From Syntrophobacterales bacterium (GTDB lineage: Bacteria > Desulfobacterota > Syntrophia > Syntrophales > CAMTWB01): a stretch of 60,692 bases of DNA. Made by a program: the position numbers and the translations under genes. The DNA lies in contig JBBIRO010000013.1 of the NCBI GenBank assembly GCA_037441775.1, forward strand, positions 1-60,692. The letters are read 5' to 3'. Shown here in pieces: positions 38,617 to 50,229 of this stretch (within the stretch, counting starts at the first letter, position 1; every line of letters begins with the position of its first letter). A model generated the notes under the pieces. That model had not been told where the DNA came from. It saw only the letters and a list, made by a program, of their open reading frames with translations, and ran no database searches.

Positions 38617-38925
38617 AGGGAATAGCAGGCAATCCGTAATTATTTAAGTTACAAGTGTTTAGGCAGTATTGGGGTGGAACAAATTTGCCGGCGGGCGCCG
38701 AAAATGCCCCTGCCCGGCAGCCGCCGGCCTTGCGCCCGCGGCCGCTTCAGCCAGAGGCGACACCGCTTTATCGCTCTTGTTTTAAGCGCCGCCGCTCGAA
38801 GCTGAATCGTAACTCCCGACAGCGGCAATAGATTGACAAACCGGGCGGAAAATAATAAACGCTACGCAAATCCGCCGATGATATCGGAACATCAAGCGGA
38901 CATATTTTATAAAGGAGGCTCGACA

Positions 38926-40053
38926 ATGTTCAAGGGTAGATGGTATGTTTTTGTTGCGGCGGTATTTATATGCCTGTTTTTGGCAACCTCTCTTCAGGCG
39001 CAACCAAAGGTTTACACCTGGAAGATGCAGAGCACCTGGGCGGCGGGCGCTTATGAGCACGTCAATCCCAAGGATCTGGTGGCGAAGCTGGAGGCCATGT
39101 CCGGCGGAAGGCTCAAGATTGAACTGCTGCCTGCCGGCGCCATCGTTCCCGCCTTTGAAGTCCTGGACGCGGTCAACAAGGGGGTAATCGATGCCGGTCA
39201 TGGCTGGCCCGGTTACTGGGTTGGGAAGCATCCCGCCATGGCCTTGTACAGCACGGCCGGCGGCGGTCCCTTCGGGATGGAGCGGGAAGATTTCATGAGC
39301 TGGGTGTATCTGGGCGGCGGACTTGACCTTTACAATGATTTGCTGCAGAAAGAATTAAAATATGACGTAATCGCCCTGCCTACGGCCGGTGACCCGCCGG
39401 AACCCCTGGGATGGTTCAGGAAACCAATGAAATCGGTAGCGGAATTCAAAGGCATCAAGTTCCGCGCCGCCGGAATGGCCGCGGAAGTATTCCGGGAATT
39501 GGGGATGTCAGTTGTCACTGTGCCGGGCGGCGAGATTGTGCCCGCGCTCGAAAGAGGCGTCATTGACGGCGCGGAATATCACAGCCCCAGCGCTGATCTT
39601 TCCATCGGTCTGCACACCGTTCGCAAGTTTTACCACATGCCCAGCATCCACCAGCCAACGGGGTTCATGGAGCTTCTGGTAAATAAAAAGAAATGGGATG
39701 AACTGCCGGCCGATCTCAAGGAAATAATACGCGGGGCCTGTATGGCTGACACCCTGCTGTTTGCCTTAAAGCAGATCGACCAGAACTCCAAAGATTTGGA
39801 AACGATGGTAACCAGGCACGGGGTGACCGTGGTGGAAACGCCCCGGGAGATGCTCTTGGAAATGCTTAAAGCCTGGGATAGGGTGGCCGAAAGACGCGCC
39901 AAGGAAAATCCGTTTTTTGCCAGGGTTCTGGCATCGCAGCGTTCGTGGGCGGGCCGGGTGGTCCCCTTCCGATTGATCTATCATCCGCCTTTTGATTCGA
40001 TTGCCGATCATTACTGGAAAGGCGTAAACCCTTACAGGGTCGTCAAACCTTGA
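38926..40053 (+). CDS. TRAP transporter substrate-binding protein (long COG4663/FcbT1-like type)
   Basis: The start ATG 38926 follows an AAAGGAGG RBS. The signal peptide is 'MFKGRWYVFVAAVFICLFLATSLQA'. It is followed by matching small and large TRAP permeases. Confidence 0.8.
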   Translation: MFKGRWYVFVAAVFICLFLATSLQAQPKVYTWKMQSTWAAGAYEHVNPKDLVAKLEAMSGGRLKIELLPAGAIVPAFEVLDAVNKGVIDAGHGWPGYWVGKHPAMALYSTAGGGPFGMEREDFMSWVYLGGGLDLYNDLLQKELKYDVIALPTAGDPPEPLGWFRKPMKSVAEFKGIKFRAAGMAAEVFRELGMSVVTVPGGEIVPALERGVIDGAEYHSPSADLSIGLHTVRKFYHMPSIHQPTGFMELLVNKKKWDELPADLKEIIRGACMADTLLFALKQIDQNSKDLETMVTRHGVTVVETPREMLLEMLKAWDRVAERRAKENPFFARVLASQRSWAGRVVPFRLIYHPPFDSIADHYWKGVNPYRVVKP

Positions 40054-40113
40054 ACAGAGGGTTAGTATTCGAGTTCTCGGTGACGAGTTAATTTGCCTGG
40101 TGAGGCGCGCTGA

Positions 40114-40157
40114 CTCCGGATTACCCTGCCCTCGCTGGAGGGGAATCCGGAGTTTTT
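40114..40157 (+). terminator. strong hairpin plus T5 between the TRAP binding-protein and permease genes
   Basis: CTCCGGATT (40114..40122) pairs with AATCCGGAG (40144..40152). TTTTT follows at 40153..40157. Confidence 0.6.
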
Positions 40158-40201
40158 ACTAAGCCGTAAAGCATGAAGGCTTAGCAAAAAGTGGCAAAGG
40201 C

Positions 40202-40227
40202 GTCGTTCCCGCCGGCGCTGGAATGAC
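40202..40227. repeat. GC-rich palindromic REP-like element (GTCGTTCC-CGCCGGCG-CTGGAATGAC)
   Basis: The arms GTCGTTCC/GGAATGAC pair (one G-U) around the CGCCGGCG palindrome. It is related to the element at 45887..45912 in the opposite orientation. Confidence 0.6.
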
Positions 40228-40244
40228 AAAATGTGAGGTTTCAC

Positions 40245-40261
40245 GACTTTTTACGAGAGTC
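40245..40261 (+). repeat. copy of the dispersed motif (GACTTTTTACGAGAGTC)
   Basis: It lies 80 nt upstream of the TRAP small permease start and 17 nt after the palindromic element. Confidence 0.5.
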
Positions 40262-40341
40262 TCAAACATGATTAACTCGTAATAAGCGACGGTTTTGCCT
40301 GTTGCCAAGGCGGACAAGGGGCATAGAGTCTGAGAGTTATT

Positions 40342-40869
40342 ATGAAACAATTCCCTGAAACATTAGCTAAAGTGGCAAGCGTAATTGATGCCGCCGCTGA
40401 AAAGGCGGGCGCTGTAATATGCTGGCTCATGGTTCCCCTCGTTTTTGGCCTTACCTATGAGGTTGTCGCCCGTTATCTTTTTAACGCTCCTACCATCTGG
40501 GCCTACGACCTGGCTTACATGCTCTACGGCAGCCTTTTTATGCTGGGCGCCGCCTATACCCTGCGACAGGACGGGCATATCCGTACCGATATTTTTTATT
40601 ATCGCTGGCAGGATCGAACAAAGGCCCTGGTGAACATGTGCTGCTATCTCTTTTTGTTTTTCCCGGGGATGTTATTTTTCTTCATTGCCGGGCTCGATAA
40701 TGCCATTCATTCCTGGTTGATTTTAGAGCGATCAGACTATAGCCCCTGGCGTCCACCCCTCTATCCCTTCAAAACGGTGGTGCCGCTCACAGCACTGATG
40801 CTGTTGATCCAGGGTTTTTCCGAGTTTCTAAAAAGCCTTAAAACATTTTTAGCCAGGGGCCGCCAATGA
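40342..40869 (+). CDS. TRAP transporter small permease
   Basis: 175 aa with 4 TM segments. It overlaps the large permease start by 4 nt. Confidence 0.8.
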   Translation: MKQFPETLAKVASVIDAAAEKAGAVICWLMVPLVFGLTYEVVARYLFNAPTIWAYDLAYMLYGSLFMLGAAYTLRQDGHIRTDIFYYRWQDRTKALVNMCCYLFLFFPGMLFFFIAGLDNAIHSWLILERSDYSPWRPPLYPFKTVVPLTALMLLIQGFSEFLKSLKTFLARGRQ

Positions 40870-42182
40870 GTCCTGAGTATCTGGGTCTTCTGTTTCTTGC
40901 GGCGCTTCTGATTGGGATTTTTGTGGGGTTCCCCATTGCCTTTACGCTGATCATCCTATCGGTAATATTCGGTTATATCGGATTTGGCCCCCGCGTTTTT
41001 GACCTGATGGTGCTCCAGACCCTGGGGGTGATGAAGGAGGAGACGCTGGCCGCGGTGCCGCTTTTTATTTTCATGGGCCATCTCTTAGAGAAGGCCGGCC
41101 TGATGGAACGGCTATTTACTTCGTTTCAGTTGATGTTAGGCGGGCTTAAGGGATCGCTTTACCTGGGGGTTCTGCTCACCGCCACCATTTTTGCCACCGC
41201 GACCGGCATCATCGGCGCTTCGGTTACCGTCATCGGCATCATGGCGGCCCCGGCGATGACCAAAAGCAAGTACGATCCAAGGCTTTCGGCGGGAACAATA
41301 ACCGCGGGCGGAACCCTGGGCATTCTCATACCGCCCAGCGTGATGCTGGTGGTAATGGGGCCGGTGGCCGGGGTTTCAGTGATAAAACTATTCGCGGCGG
41401 CCATTGTTCCCGGCCTCATCCTGGCCGGTTTGTATATCGGCTACACGATGATCAAGTGCCAGATTTGGCCAAACCTGGGGCCGCCTTTACCCAGGGAAGA
41501 ACGGCTCGCTTCCAAGGCCATGATCCTCAAGGAATTCCTTTCCGGAATTCTGCCGATGGCATTCATCATTTTTGCCGCCCTGGGAAGCATTATCATGGGC
41601 CTGGCCACCCCGACGGAGGCCGCCGCCATGGCATCTTCTGGCGCAATCATTCTTACCCTCTGTTATCGCAGGCTTTCCTGGGCGATTTTCAAAGACGCCC
41701 TCTTAAAATCGCTGCAGACCTCAAGCATGATCCTTTTTTTGGGGATGGCTTCGAACATTTATGGAGCGGTTTTCACCCGTCTGGGCACGAGCAGCATGAT
41801 CGCCAACGCGCTGCTGAGCCTGGAGATACCGCCGTTGGCGATGGTGGCCCTGGTGATGCTCGTCATCTTCATTTTGGGCTGGCCCCTGGAATGGCCGGCA
41901 ATAGTCTTTATTTTTCTTCCTATTTTCCTGCCGGTGGTTCAGGAGCTGCAACTGGATCTTGTTTGGTTTACCACCCTGGTTGCGGTTAACCTGCAAACCG
42001 CCTTTCTCTCCCCGCCGGTGGCGATGGCGGCTTATTATCTAAAGGCGGTCGCGCCCCAGTGGGAATTAGCGGATATCTACCGCGGGATGTTTGATTTTAT
42101 GATTCTTCAGCTAATTGGGCTTGCGCTGCTTTTTTTCTTTCCAGAGTTTGCGCTTTGGCTGCCGCGATTGCTCTTTGGGTGA
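40866..42182 (+). CDS. TRAP transporter large permease (DctM family)
   Basis: 438 aa and polytopic, with 'AVPLFIFMGHLLEKAG' and 'ATGIIGASVTVIG'. Confidence 0.85.
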   Translation: MSPEYLGLLFLAALLIGIFVGFPIAFTLIILSVIFGYIGFGPRVFDLMVLQTLGVMKEETLAAVPLFIFMGHLLEKAGLMERLFTSFQLMLGGLKGSLYLGVLLTATIFATATGIIGASVTVIGIMAAPAMTKSKYDPRLSAGTITAGGTLGILIPPSVMLVVMGPVAGVSVIKLFAAAIVPGLILAGLYIGYTMIKCQIWPNLGPPLPREERLASKAMILKEFLSGILPMAFIIFAALGSIIMGLATPTEAAAMASSGAIILTLCYRRLSWAIFKDALLKSLQTSSMILFLGMASNIYGAVFTRLGTSSMIANALLSLEIPPLAMVALVMLVIFILGWPLEWPAIVFIFLPIFLPVVQELQLDLVWFTTLVAVNLQTAFLSPPVAMAAYYLKAVAPQWELADIYRGMFDFMILQLIGLALLFFFPEFALWLPRLLFG

Positions 42183-42294
42183 GGGCTTTGGCTGCCGCTC
42201 CTTTTACGGCTGTTGACCAGTTGAAGAGTCCGTGCTAGATGAAGATCAAAAAAGCCTGGGTAAGTAAATTTGATTATAAAAAAGTGAGGAGCAT

Positions 42295-43479
42295 ATGGCC
42301 GTCGCCAAAAAAATCGCCGATACGTTAACGAAATCATCCTGGATCAGGAAGATGTTTGAAGAGGGGATCAATCTCAAGAAGATCCATGGTGCCCGGAATG
42401 TCTTTGATTTCAGCCTGGGGAATCCCAATGTCGAACCCCCGCCGCAAGTAAAAGAACAACTGCAACGGATCATTGACGAAAAATCGCCCGGGATGCATGC
42501 CTACATGCCCAACGCCGGATACCCGGAAACGCGGGCGGCACTGGCCCTCCAAATCGGCCTCCAGAATGGAGTAACGCTCTCCGGGGAAGATGTTGTGATG
42601 ACCTGCGGGGCGGGCGGCGCTTTGAATGTCGTCTTGAAAACGCTGCTTGATCCGGGAGACGAGGTTGTAATTCCTGCGCCTTATTTTGTTGAATATCGCT
42701 TTTATGTGGATAACGCCGGTGGCGAAACGAGGCTGGTTAAGACTAACGAAGACTTCTCGCTTGATTTAGAAGCCATTGCCCGGGCCATTGGCCCCCGCAC
42801 CAAGGTTGTCCTCATAAACTCGCCCAACAACCCCACCGGTCGCGTTTACGATGAGACCTCGCTTAAGCTTCTTGCTGCATTGCTTGCTGAAAAGGGGCGC
42901 CATTACGAGACCGACATCTATCTGGTTTCCGACGAACCCTACCGGGACATCTCCTACGATGTGACGATACCGGGAATTCTTAAGCTCTATCGTAACAGCA
43001 TCATCGTATCATCCTACTCCAAAAGCCTTTCCCTGCCCGGGGAGCGGATCGGCTATATCGCCATTAATCCTGACTTGAGTGACCGGGAGGCGGTTATGGG
43101 CGGCCTGATCCTTTGCAACCGGATTTTGGGGTTTGTCAACGCCCCGGCCCTGATGCAACGCCTGGTTGCCTCGCTTCAGGGGGTGACCGTTGATGTTTCC
43201 GAATACCGCCGCAAAAGGGATCTCCTCTGCCGCGGGCTTGGGGAGATGGGCTACCGCTTCCAGATTCCCGAAGGCGCCTTTTATCTCTTTGCCCAATCGC
43301 CCATCGCTGATGATGTCGAGTTTGTCCGGATTTTGCAAAAACACCTGATTTTGGCGGTGCCGGGAAGTGGTTTTGGCGGGCCGGGTCACTTCCGGATCGC
43401 CTATTGCGTAGCCGATGAAACAATCACCCGGTCGCTTACGGGGTTTGCCAGGGCGATAGAGGAATGCCGCGGTTGTTGA
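42295..43479 (+). CDS. class I/II PLP-dependent aminotransferase (aspartate/aromatic type)
   Basis: 394 aa with 'INSPNNPTG', 'SDEPYRDISYD' and 'SSYSKSLSLPGERIGY' (PLP Lys). Confidence 0.85.
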   Translation: MAVAKKIADTLTKSSWIRKMFEEGINLKKIHGARNVFDFSLGNPNVEPPPQVKEQLQRIIDEKSPGMHAYMPNAGYPETRAALALQIGLQNGVTLSGEDVVMTCGAGGALNVVLKTLLDPGDEVVIPAPYFVEYRFYVDNAGGETRLVKTNEDFSLDLEAIARAIGPRTKVVLINSPNNPTGRVYDETSLKLLAALLAEKGRHYETDIYLVSDEPYRDISYDVTIPGILKLYRNSIIVSSYSKSLSLPGERIGYIAINPDLSDREAVMGGLILCNRILGFVNAPALMQRLVASLQGVTVDVSEYRRKRDLLCRGLGEMGYRFQIPEGAFYLFAQSPIADDVEFVRILQKHLILAVPGSGFGGPGHFRIAYCVADETITRSLTGFARAIEECRGC

Positions 43480-43482
43480 CGA

Positions 43483-45776
<2,294 letters not shown>

Positions 45777-45886
45777 TTATGCCCCCTTTTGCGCTTCCGT
45801 CAAATACTACGACGAAAGAATCTCAAAGTCAAACTGATGGTGTAAAGATTGCCGATTTCAGAATATGCCAAAAAGCCTCGCATTCT

Positions 45887-45912
45887 GTCATTCCCGCCGG
45901 CGCGGGTATGAG
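45887..45912. repeat. GC-rich palindromic REP-like element (GTCATTCCCGC-CGGC-GCGGGTATGA)
   Basis: It forms a 9/10-bp stem. It belongs to the same family as 40202..40227 but is inverted, so it faces the minus-strand ligA start. Confidence 0.55.
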
Positions 45913-46018
45913 GCCGCGGGGAGCGTTTCCCTCATGCCAACCAATTTTCGCCAAGGGAAACAGATCTTATTTGTTTTTTGCAGCGCCGTAAAAATTATAA
46001 CTTGAATTTCAGAGCCTC

Positions 46019-46552
46019 ATGGCTATAATACGACCCTCAAAACATGAGGCAGGCTGGTTAAGGAATATGGAATCCCTGTACGCTCCCTGGCGGGAAGCAT
46101 TTATTAAGGGCGAGAAACTTCAAGGTTGTATTTTTTGTCCCGATTTGATCATGAAGACGGATCTCATCCTTCACCGGGGGGAAATCTGCTTCGTGATCAT
46201 GAATCTCTACCCCTACTCAGGCGGACACCTGCTGGTGGTGCCCAACCGGCACACAGCCAAGCCGGAAGAATTGTCGGCTGCGGAAAGGTTGGAGATGTTT
46301 GATCTTGTGGCCGAATCAGTCGCCATTTTGAAACAGGAACTCCAACCGGAGGGTTTCAACATCGGAATGAACCTGGGGAAGGCCGCCGGCGCCGGCGTCG
46401 CGGATCATTTGCATATCCACATCGTGCCCCGGTGGATTGGGGACACCAACTTCATGCCCATGCTGGGAGATGTTCGCGTTGTTTCGGAGGATTTGGGCAG
46501 ACTGAGGAATCGGCTGCTCCCGTATTTTTCCAGATTAAAGAAACATCCATGA
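46019..46552 (+). CDS. HIT-family nucleotide hydrolase/transferase
   Basis: The histidine triad 'ADHLHIHIVPR' is present. The likely start is ATG 46067 (MESLYAPWR). Confidence 0.8.
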   Translation: MAIIRPSKHEAGWLRNMESLYAPWREAFIKGEKLQGCIFCPDLIMKTDLILHRGEICFVIMNLYPYSGGHLLVVPNRHTAKPEELSAAERLEMFDLVAESVAILKQELQPEGFNIGMNLGKAAGAGVADHLHIHIVPRWIGDTNFMPMLGDVRVVSEDLGRLRNRLLPYFSRLKKHP

Positions 46553-46607
46553 ACGATTGCGTTTTTCGGTAAATTTCCGCGGTTCCCGGTGCGAAGGAGG
46601 CTACATA

Positions 46608-46937
46608 ATGAAAATAATCTACACTGTTATTCTGGTGCTTTTTTTGCTCTTCATCATATCTTTTTCCATTGCCAATGACGCTCAGGTGGAATTGAAATAC
46701 TATGAATTTCTGGACATCAAAACCCCCATTTACATGCTCATTTTTGTAAGCTTCCTGGCGGGCGTGATCACAACCGGGTTATTGGGCATTGTGGAGAGGT
46801 TCCGTCTTAACCGCACCATCGCCAAACAGAACAATACCATCCGGGAGCTCAGGCGGGAGCTGCGCGCCAGTGCGATTGACGCTTCCCTGGAGACCGAAGG
46901 GCGGGTCGGCAAGCCCAAGGCTGTGACGTATGATTAG
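46608..46937 (+). CDS. LapA/DUF1049-like small inner-membrane protein
   Basis: Start ATG 46608 (MKIIYTVILVLF...). Two TM helices are followed by a basic coiled tail 'IRELRRELRA'. Confidence 0.6.
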   Translation: MKIIYTVILVLFLLFIISFSIANDAQVELKYYEFLDIKTPIYMLIFVSFLAGVITTGLLGIVERFRLNRTIAKQNNTIRELRRELRASAIDASLETEGRVGKPKAVTYD

Positions 46938-46952
46938 CTTTATTTCAGGCAG

Positions 46953-47453
46953 TTAGCCGTCAGGTCGGGCGCAATCCCTCTGATCGCCCTGGATCTTTTC
47001 GATGGCGTGGTTGAGCAGGGGCAGCAATACTTCGAGGTTTTCTTTTACGGCAACCGGGCTTCCCGGCAGGTTGATGATCAGCGACCTGCCCCTGATACCG
47101 GCCACGGCGCGGGAAAGGGCGGCGAAGGGAGTTTTCCGCGCGCCCTCTCTCCTTACCATTTCGGTGAGGCCTGGAATTTCTCTTTCTATTACCTCTCTCG
47201 TCGCCTCCGGCGTCACATCCCGCGGACTGAGCCCGGTGCCGCCGGTGGTTAATATCAAATCCAGGCCCTTCTGATCCGCAAATTCCATTAAGAGCGCCCG
47301 GATCGAATTCTTTTCATCGGGCACAATCGCCACAGCGTCCACGCGGGCGGATGAGGTTGCAAGGAGTCTGGCGATTGCAGCCCCGCTCAAATCTTCCCTC
47401 TCGCCCCGCGCTCCCCGGTCGCTTACCGTTATTATCCCGGCGGTTATGGTCAC
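46953..47453 (-). CDS. mog: molybdopterin adenylyltransferase MogA/MoaB-type
   Basis: 166 aa with 'GIITVSDRGARGEREDLSG', 'ILTTGGTGLSPRDVTPEA' and 'INLPGSP'. Confidence 0.85.
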   Translation of the reverse strand: MTITAGIITVSDRGARGEREDLSGAAIARLLATSSARVDAVAIVPDEKNSIRALLMEFADQKGLDLILTTGGTGLSPRDVTPEATREVIEREIPGLTEMVRREGARKTPFAALSRAVAGIRGRSLIINLPGSPVAVKENLEVLLPLLNHAIEKIQGDQRDCARPDG

Positions 47454-49528
47454 GATTCTTCCTTTTTAGACTCGGCGATGATCTTCTCGGCAATAAAGGG
47501 CGGCACCTCTTCATAGTGCGAGTGGGTATAGGTGAAGTTCCCCCGTCCGCTGGTCATGGAGCGCAGGTCGAGAGCGTATTTCAAGAGCTCGGCCAGCGGG
47601 GCCTGGCCCTTGATGATCTGGGTGGTTCCCCGGCTGTCCATCCCCATGATCCGGCCGCGCCGACTGTTCAAATCGCCGATAACATCGCCCATGTTCTCTT
47701 CCGGAACTTCAATATCAACAATAACGATTGGCTCCAAAATAGTGGGCTGGCAATCCATCACCCCTTTTTTGAAGGCCATGGAGCCCGCTATTTTGAAGGC
47801 CATTTCCGAGGAATCTACCGTGTGGTACGAGCCATCGACGAGCGCAACCTTTACATCGACCACGGGATAGCCCGCCAGAACACCCTCCTCCATGGCCTCG
47901 ACAATTCCTTTTTCCACGGCCGGCCGATACTGCTGGGGGATAACGCCGCCCACAATCTTATCGACAAACTCAAAACCGCCACCCCGGGGCAGGGGTTCAA
48001 TATCCAGCCATACATCGCCAAACTGGCCGCGGCCGCCGGATTGCTTCTTGTACTTGTTGTGGACATTTGTCTTGCCCTTGATTGTTTCCAGATAGGGCAC
48101 CTTGGGTGTTTTCAGGATCATTTCCACGCCGAATTTTCGCTTGATCTTTTCGACGACAACTTCAATGTGAACCTGGCCCATTCCGGAGAAAATTATCTCC
48201 TTGGTCTGGGTTCCCCGTTGCAGGGAGAGGGTGGGGTCCTCCTCGATCAGTCGTTGGATGGATGAGACGATTTTATCCTCGTCGCCACGGACTTTTGCCT
48301 CCACGGCAAAAGACATGATCGGCGGCGGCGCGGTCAGTCGCGGAAAGATGATTGGCGTTTTCTCCTGACAAAGGCTGTCGCCGGTGGTTGTTTCCTTTAA
48401 TTTTGCAACCGCGGCAATATCGCCCGGAATCAGTTGATCCGTCGGTTTCTGGCCCTTGCCCTCGAGATAGAAGACGTTGCCGAATCTCTCGGTTATTTTA
48501 CGCGATGAGTTATAAAAACTCCCATCCGGCCTGATACTGCCGGAATAGACTCGAAATAATGTCAGCCGTCCCGCATAGGGGTCGGCTATGGTTTTAAAAA
48601 CCAGGGCGGAAAAGGGGGCGCTTTCCGTCGGGAGGCGCCTTTCTTCCTTGTCGTCTTTCAAACCACAAATTTCGCCACGGTCAACCGGCGAGGGGAGGGT
48701 ATTGACGATCAGGTCAAGGAGAGTTGAAATGCCGATACCTTTAGTTGCCGAGCCGCAAGCGACCGGCACCAGCGCTCCTTTTATTACCGCCGCCCGCAGC
48801 CCTTTCTTGAGATCTTCCAGGGAAAGTTCGCCGTCGCTTAAGTAACGATCCATGAGTTCTTCATCTGCCTCGGCAATATCCTCCACGAGTATTTCCCTGT
48901 ATTTTTCGCACTCGGCAAGCATATCCCCCGGAATATCAATCTTTTTGGGCGCGCTTTTGAAGTCTTCAAAAATATAGGCTTTCTTTTCCAGCAGGTCAAT
49001 TATGCCTTTAAACGACGCTTCCCTTCCGATCGGCAGATTAAGCACGGAAATCTTGGCGTCAAAGTTTTTCCTGATGCTGGCCAGAGCCGTGTCAAAATTG
49101 GCGCGCTCCCGGTCCATCCGGTTAATATATAAAATGCGGGGAAGCTGGAATTCATCAGCGTAGCTCCATACCTTTTCCGTCTGAAACTCGACTCCGGAAA
49201 CGGCATCGACCAAAATAAGCGCGCCATCCACCACCCGGAGGCAGTTTTTAGTATCAAAGGAAAAATTCAAATCCCCCGGCGTGTCAATGATATTGATTTT
49301 GTGTTTATCCCATTCCACGAAGTTGGCTGCGGCCGATATGGATATGCGTCTCTTCTGTTCCTCGGGCTCAAAATCCATTGCTGCTGATCCGTCATCGACC
49401 CGGCCCAGGCGGTCATTCTTGCCGGTAAGAAAAAGAAAGGCTTCGGCCAGCGATGTTTTTCCCGTACTGCCATGCCCTACCAGGGCGACGTTTCTCAAAT
49501 GGGTGGACTCAAATTTAGACATGAACAC
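47450..49528 (-). CDS. elongation factor G paralogue (EF-G-II-like)
   Basis: 692 aa with G1 'GHGSTGKTS', G3 'DTPGDLNF', 'NRMD', and domains II-V ('YKKQSGGRGQFGDVW'). It is not in an str/rps context. Confidence 0.85.
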   Translation of the reverse strand: MFMSKFESTHLRNVALVGHGSTGKTSLAEAFLFLTGKNDRLGRVDDGSAAMDFEPEEQKRRISISAAANFVEWDKHKINIIDTPGDLNFSFDTKNCLRVVDGALILVDAVSGVEFQTEKVWSYADEFQLPRILYINRMDRERANFDTALASIRKNFDAKISVLNLPIGREASFKGIIDLLEKKAYIFEDFKSAPKKIDIPGDMLAECEKYREILVEDIAEADEELMDRYLSDGELSLEDLKKGLRAAVIKGALVPVACGSATKGIGISTLLDLIVNTLPSPVDRGEICGLKDDKEERRLPTESAPFSALVFKTIADPYAGRLTLFRVYSGSIRPDGSFYNSSRKITERFGNVFYLEGKGQKPTDQLIPGDIAAVAKLKETTTGDSLCQEKTPIIFPRLTAPPPIMSFAVEAKVRGDEDKIVSSIQRLIEEDPTLSLQRGTQTKEIIFSGMGQVHIEVVVEKIKRKFGVEMILKTPKVPYLETIKGKTNVHNKYKKQSGGRGQFGDVWLDIEPLPRGGGFEFVDKIVGGVIPQQYRPAVEKGIVEAMEEGVLAGYPVVDVKVALVDGSYHTVDSSEMAFKIAGSMAFKKGVMDCQPTILEPIVIVDIEVPEENMGDVIGDLNSRRGRIMGMDSRGTTQIIKGQAPLAELLKYALDLRSMTSGRGNFTYTHSHYEEVPPFIAEKIIAESKKEES

Positions 49529-49860
49529 TCCTTTCCGGTCTGATAAAGCAGAAATAACACTGATACGGAAGGCTTACTAGCCCATTTATGAATTTTAAGT
49601 CAAGGCAATAATTGATGCCGGTAGCGTATCAGTCGAAAAAACGGTAATTCATAAACGCTCGGCTTTTCCTCCGGCGGCCGTACCGAGTCTTACGTTTCAA
49701 TGACCCTTTACACAGCCGTAAATGATTGACGGCAAGGGCAAGGATTCGGTCTTGCGTGGCGGCGGCTCATTGTGGTATCAGCACAAGCCGGGAAGGCCCG
49801 CTCTCCCTTGGCGGGATCTGGCAGTCTCACATTGTTACACTTAAGCGGGAAATTTGTGAC

Positions 49861-50229
49861 ATGAATAATGCAGACCTCCCAGCCAATGATATTTCCTGGC
49901 ACGAAAAGAATGGCCGCCTGCTTGCCTTGATCAATGAACGCAAGCTTGACGACGCCCTGGAAGCAGGCCAGGAGCTTCTCGATTACGTTGATAAAAAGTA
50001 CAAGAAGGACGCCCGGGAAAAGGCCACCGCGTACAACAATGTTGGAATGGCCTTTCTTATTGCTCGCCGCTTCAATCTTGCGGAGGAATGCTTTCGCGAG
50101 GCGCTGGCCATGAGAAAACGGCTTTTCGGCGAGAACCATAACGAAGTGGCGGTGGTGCTTCTTAACATGGTTTGGCTTTACAAGGTTCAGGCGCAGGAAA
50201 TCCTTGCTGTAAATATCGTCGAGACATGA
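49861..50229 (+). CDS. small TPR-like repeat protein
   Basis: The start is ATG 49861. 'ATAYNNVGMAFLIARRFNLAEECFREALAMRKRLFGENHNEVAVVLLNM' looks like TPR_10/12-type repeats. The upstream part of the track ORF has no coding-like features. Confidence 0.5.
   Translation: MNNADLPANDISWHEKNGRLLALINERKLDDALEAGQELLDYVDKKYKKDAREKATAYNNVGMAFLIARRFNLAEECFREALAMRKRLFGENHNEVAVVLLNMVWLYKVQAQEILAVNIVET

Noticed and set aside
38525-38632. N-terminal extensions offered by the track: trpS to 38632, ispH from 16145, the VOC gene from 6199, the TRAP binding protein from 38833, the lapA-like gene from 46557, and the TPR gene from 49726.
   Set aside because: The extensions lack homology-like sequence and run through intergenic repeats or the upstream gene. 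Internal starts have good RBS spacing or stop-start overlaps.
38675-38688. Possible sigma-54 promoter TGGAAC-aaat-TTGC upstream of the second TRAP operon.
   Set aside because: The GG-to-GC spacing is one nucleotide short of the TGGCAC-N5-TTGC consensus, and it lies more than 230 nt from the start codon.
38525-38925. T-box or Trp-attenuator leader for trpS.
   Set aside because: The leader from the putative promoter to the TTG start is only about 60 nt. I saw no specifier or T-box sequence and no Trp-rich leader peptide.
47351-48265. 304-aa plus-strand ORF, and similar long antisense ORFs elsewhere: 14364..15200, 16235..16951, 19649..20257, 21666..22397, 25215..26087, 27729..28553, 35809..36315, 38782..39231, 41456..41989, 49708..50139.
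   Set aside because: Each lies entirely inside, and antisense to, a gene with strong family motifs (EF-G, dxs, ispH, tmk/holB, metG, panB, dctP, rluB, TRAP genes). None shows recognisable motifs or an RBS.
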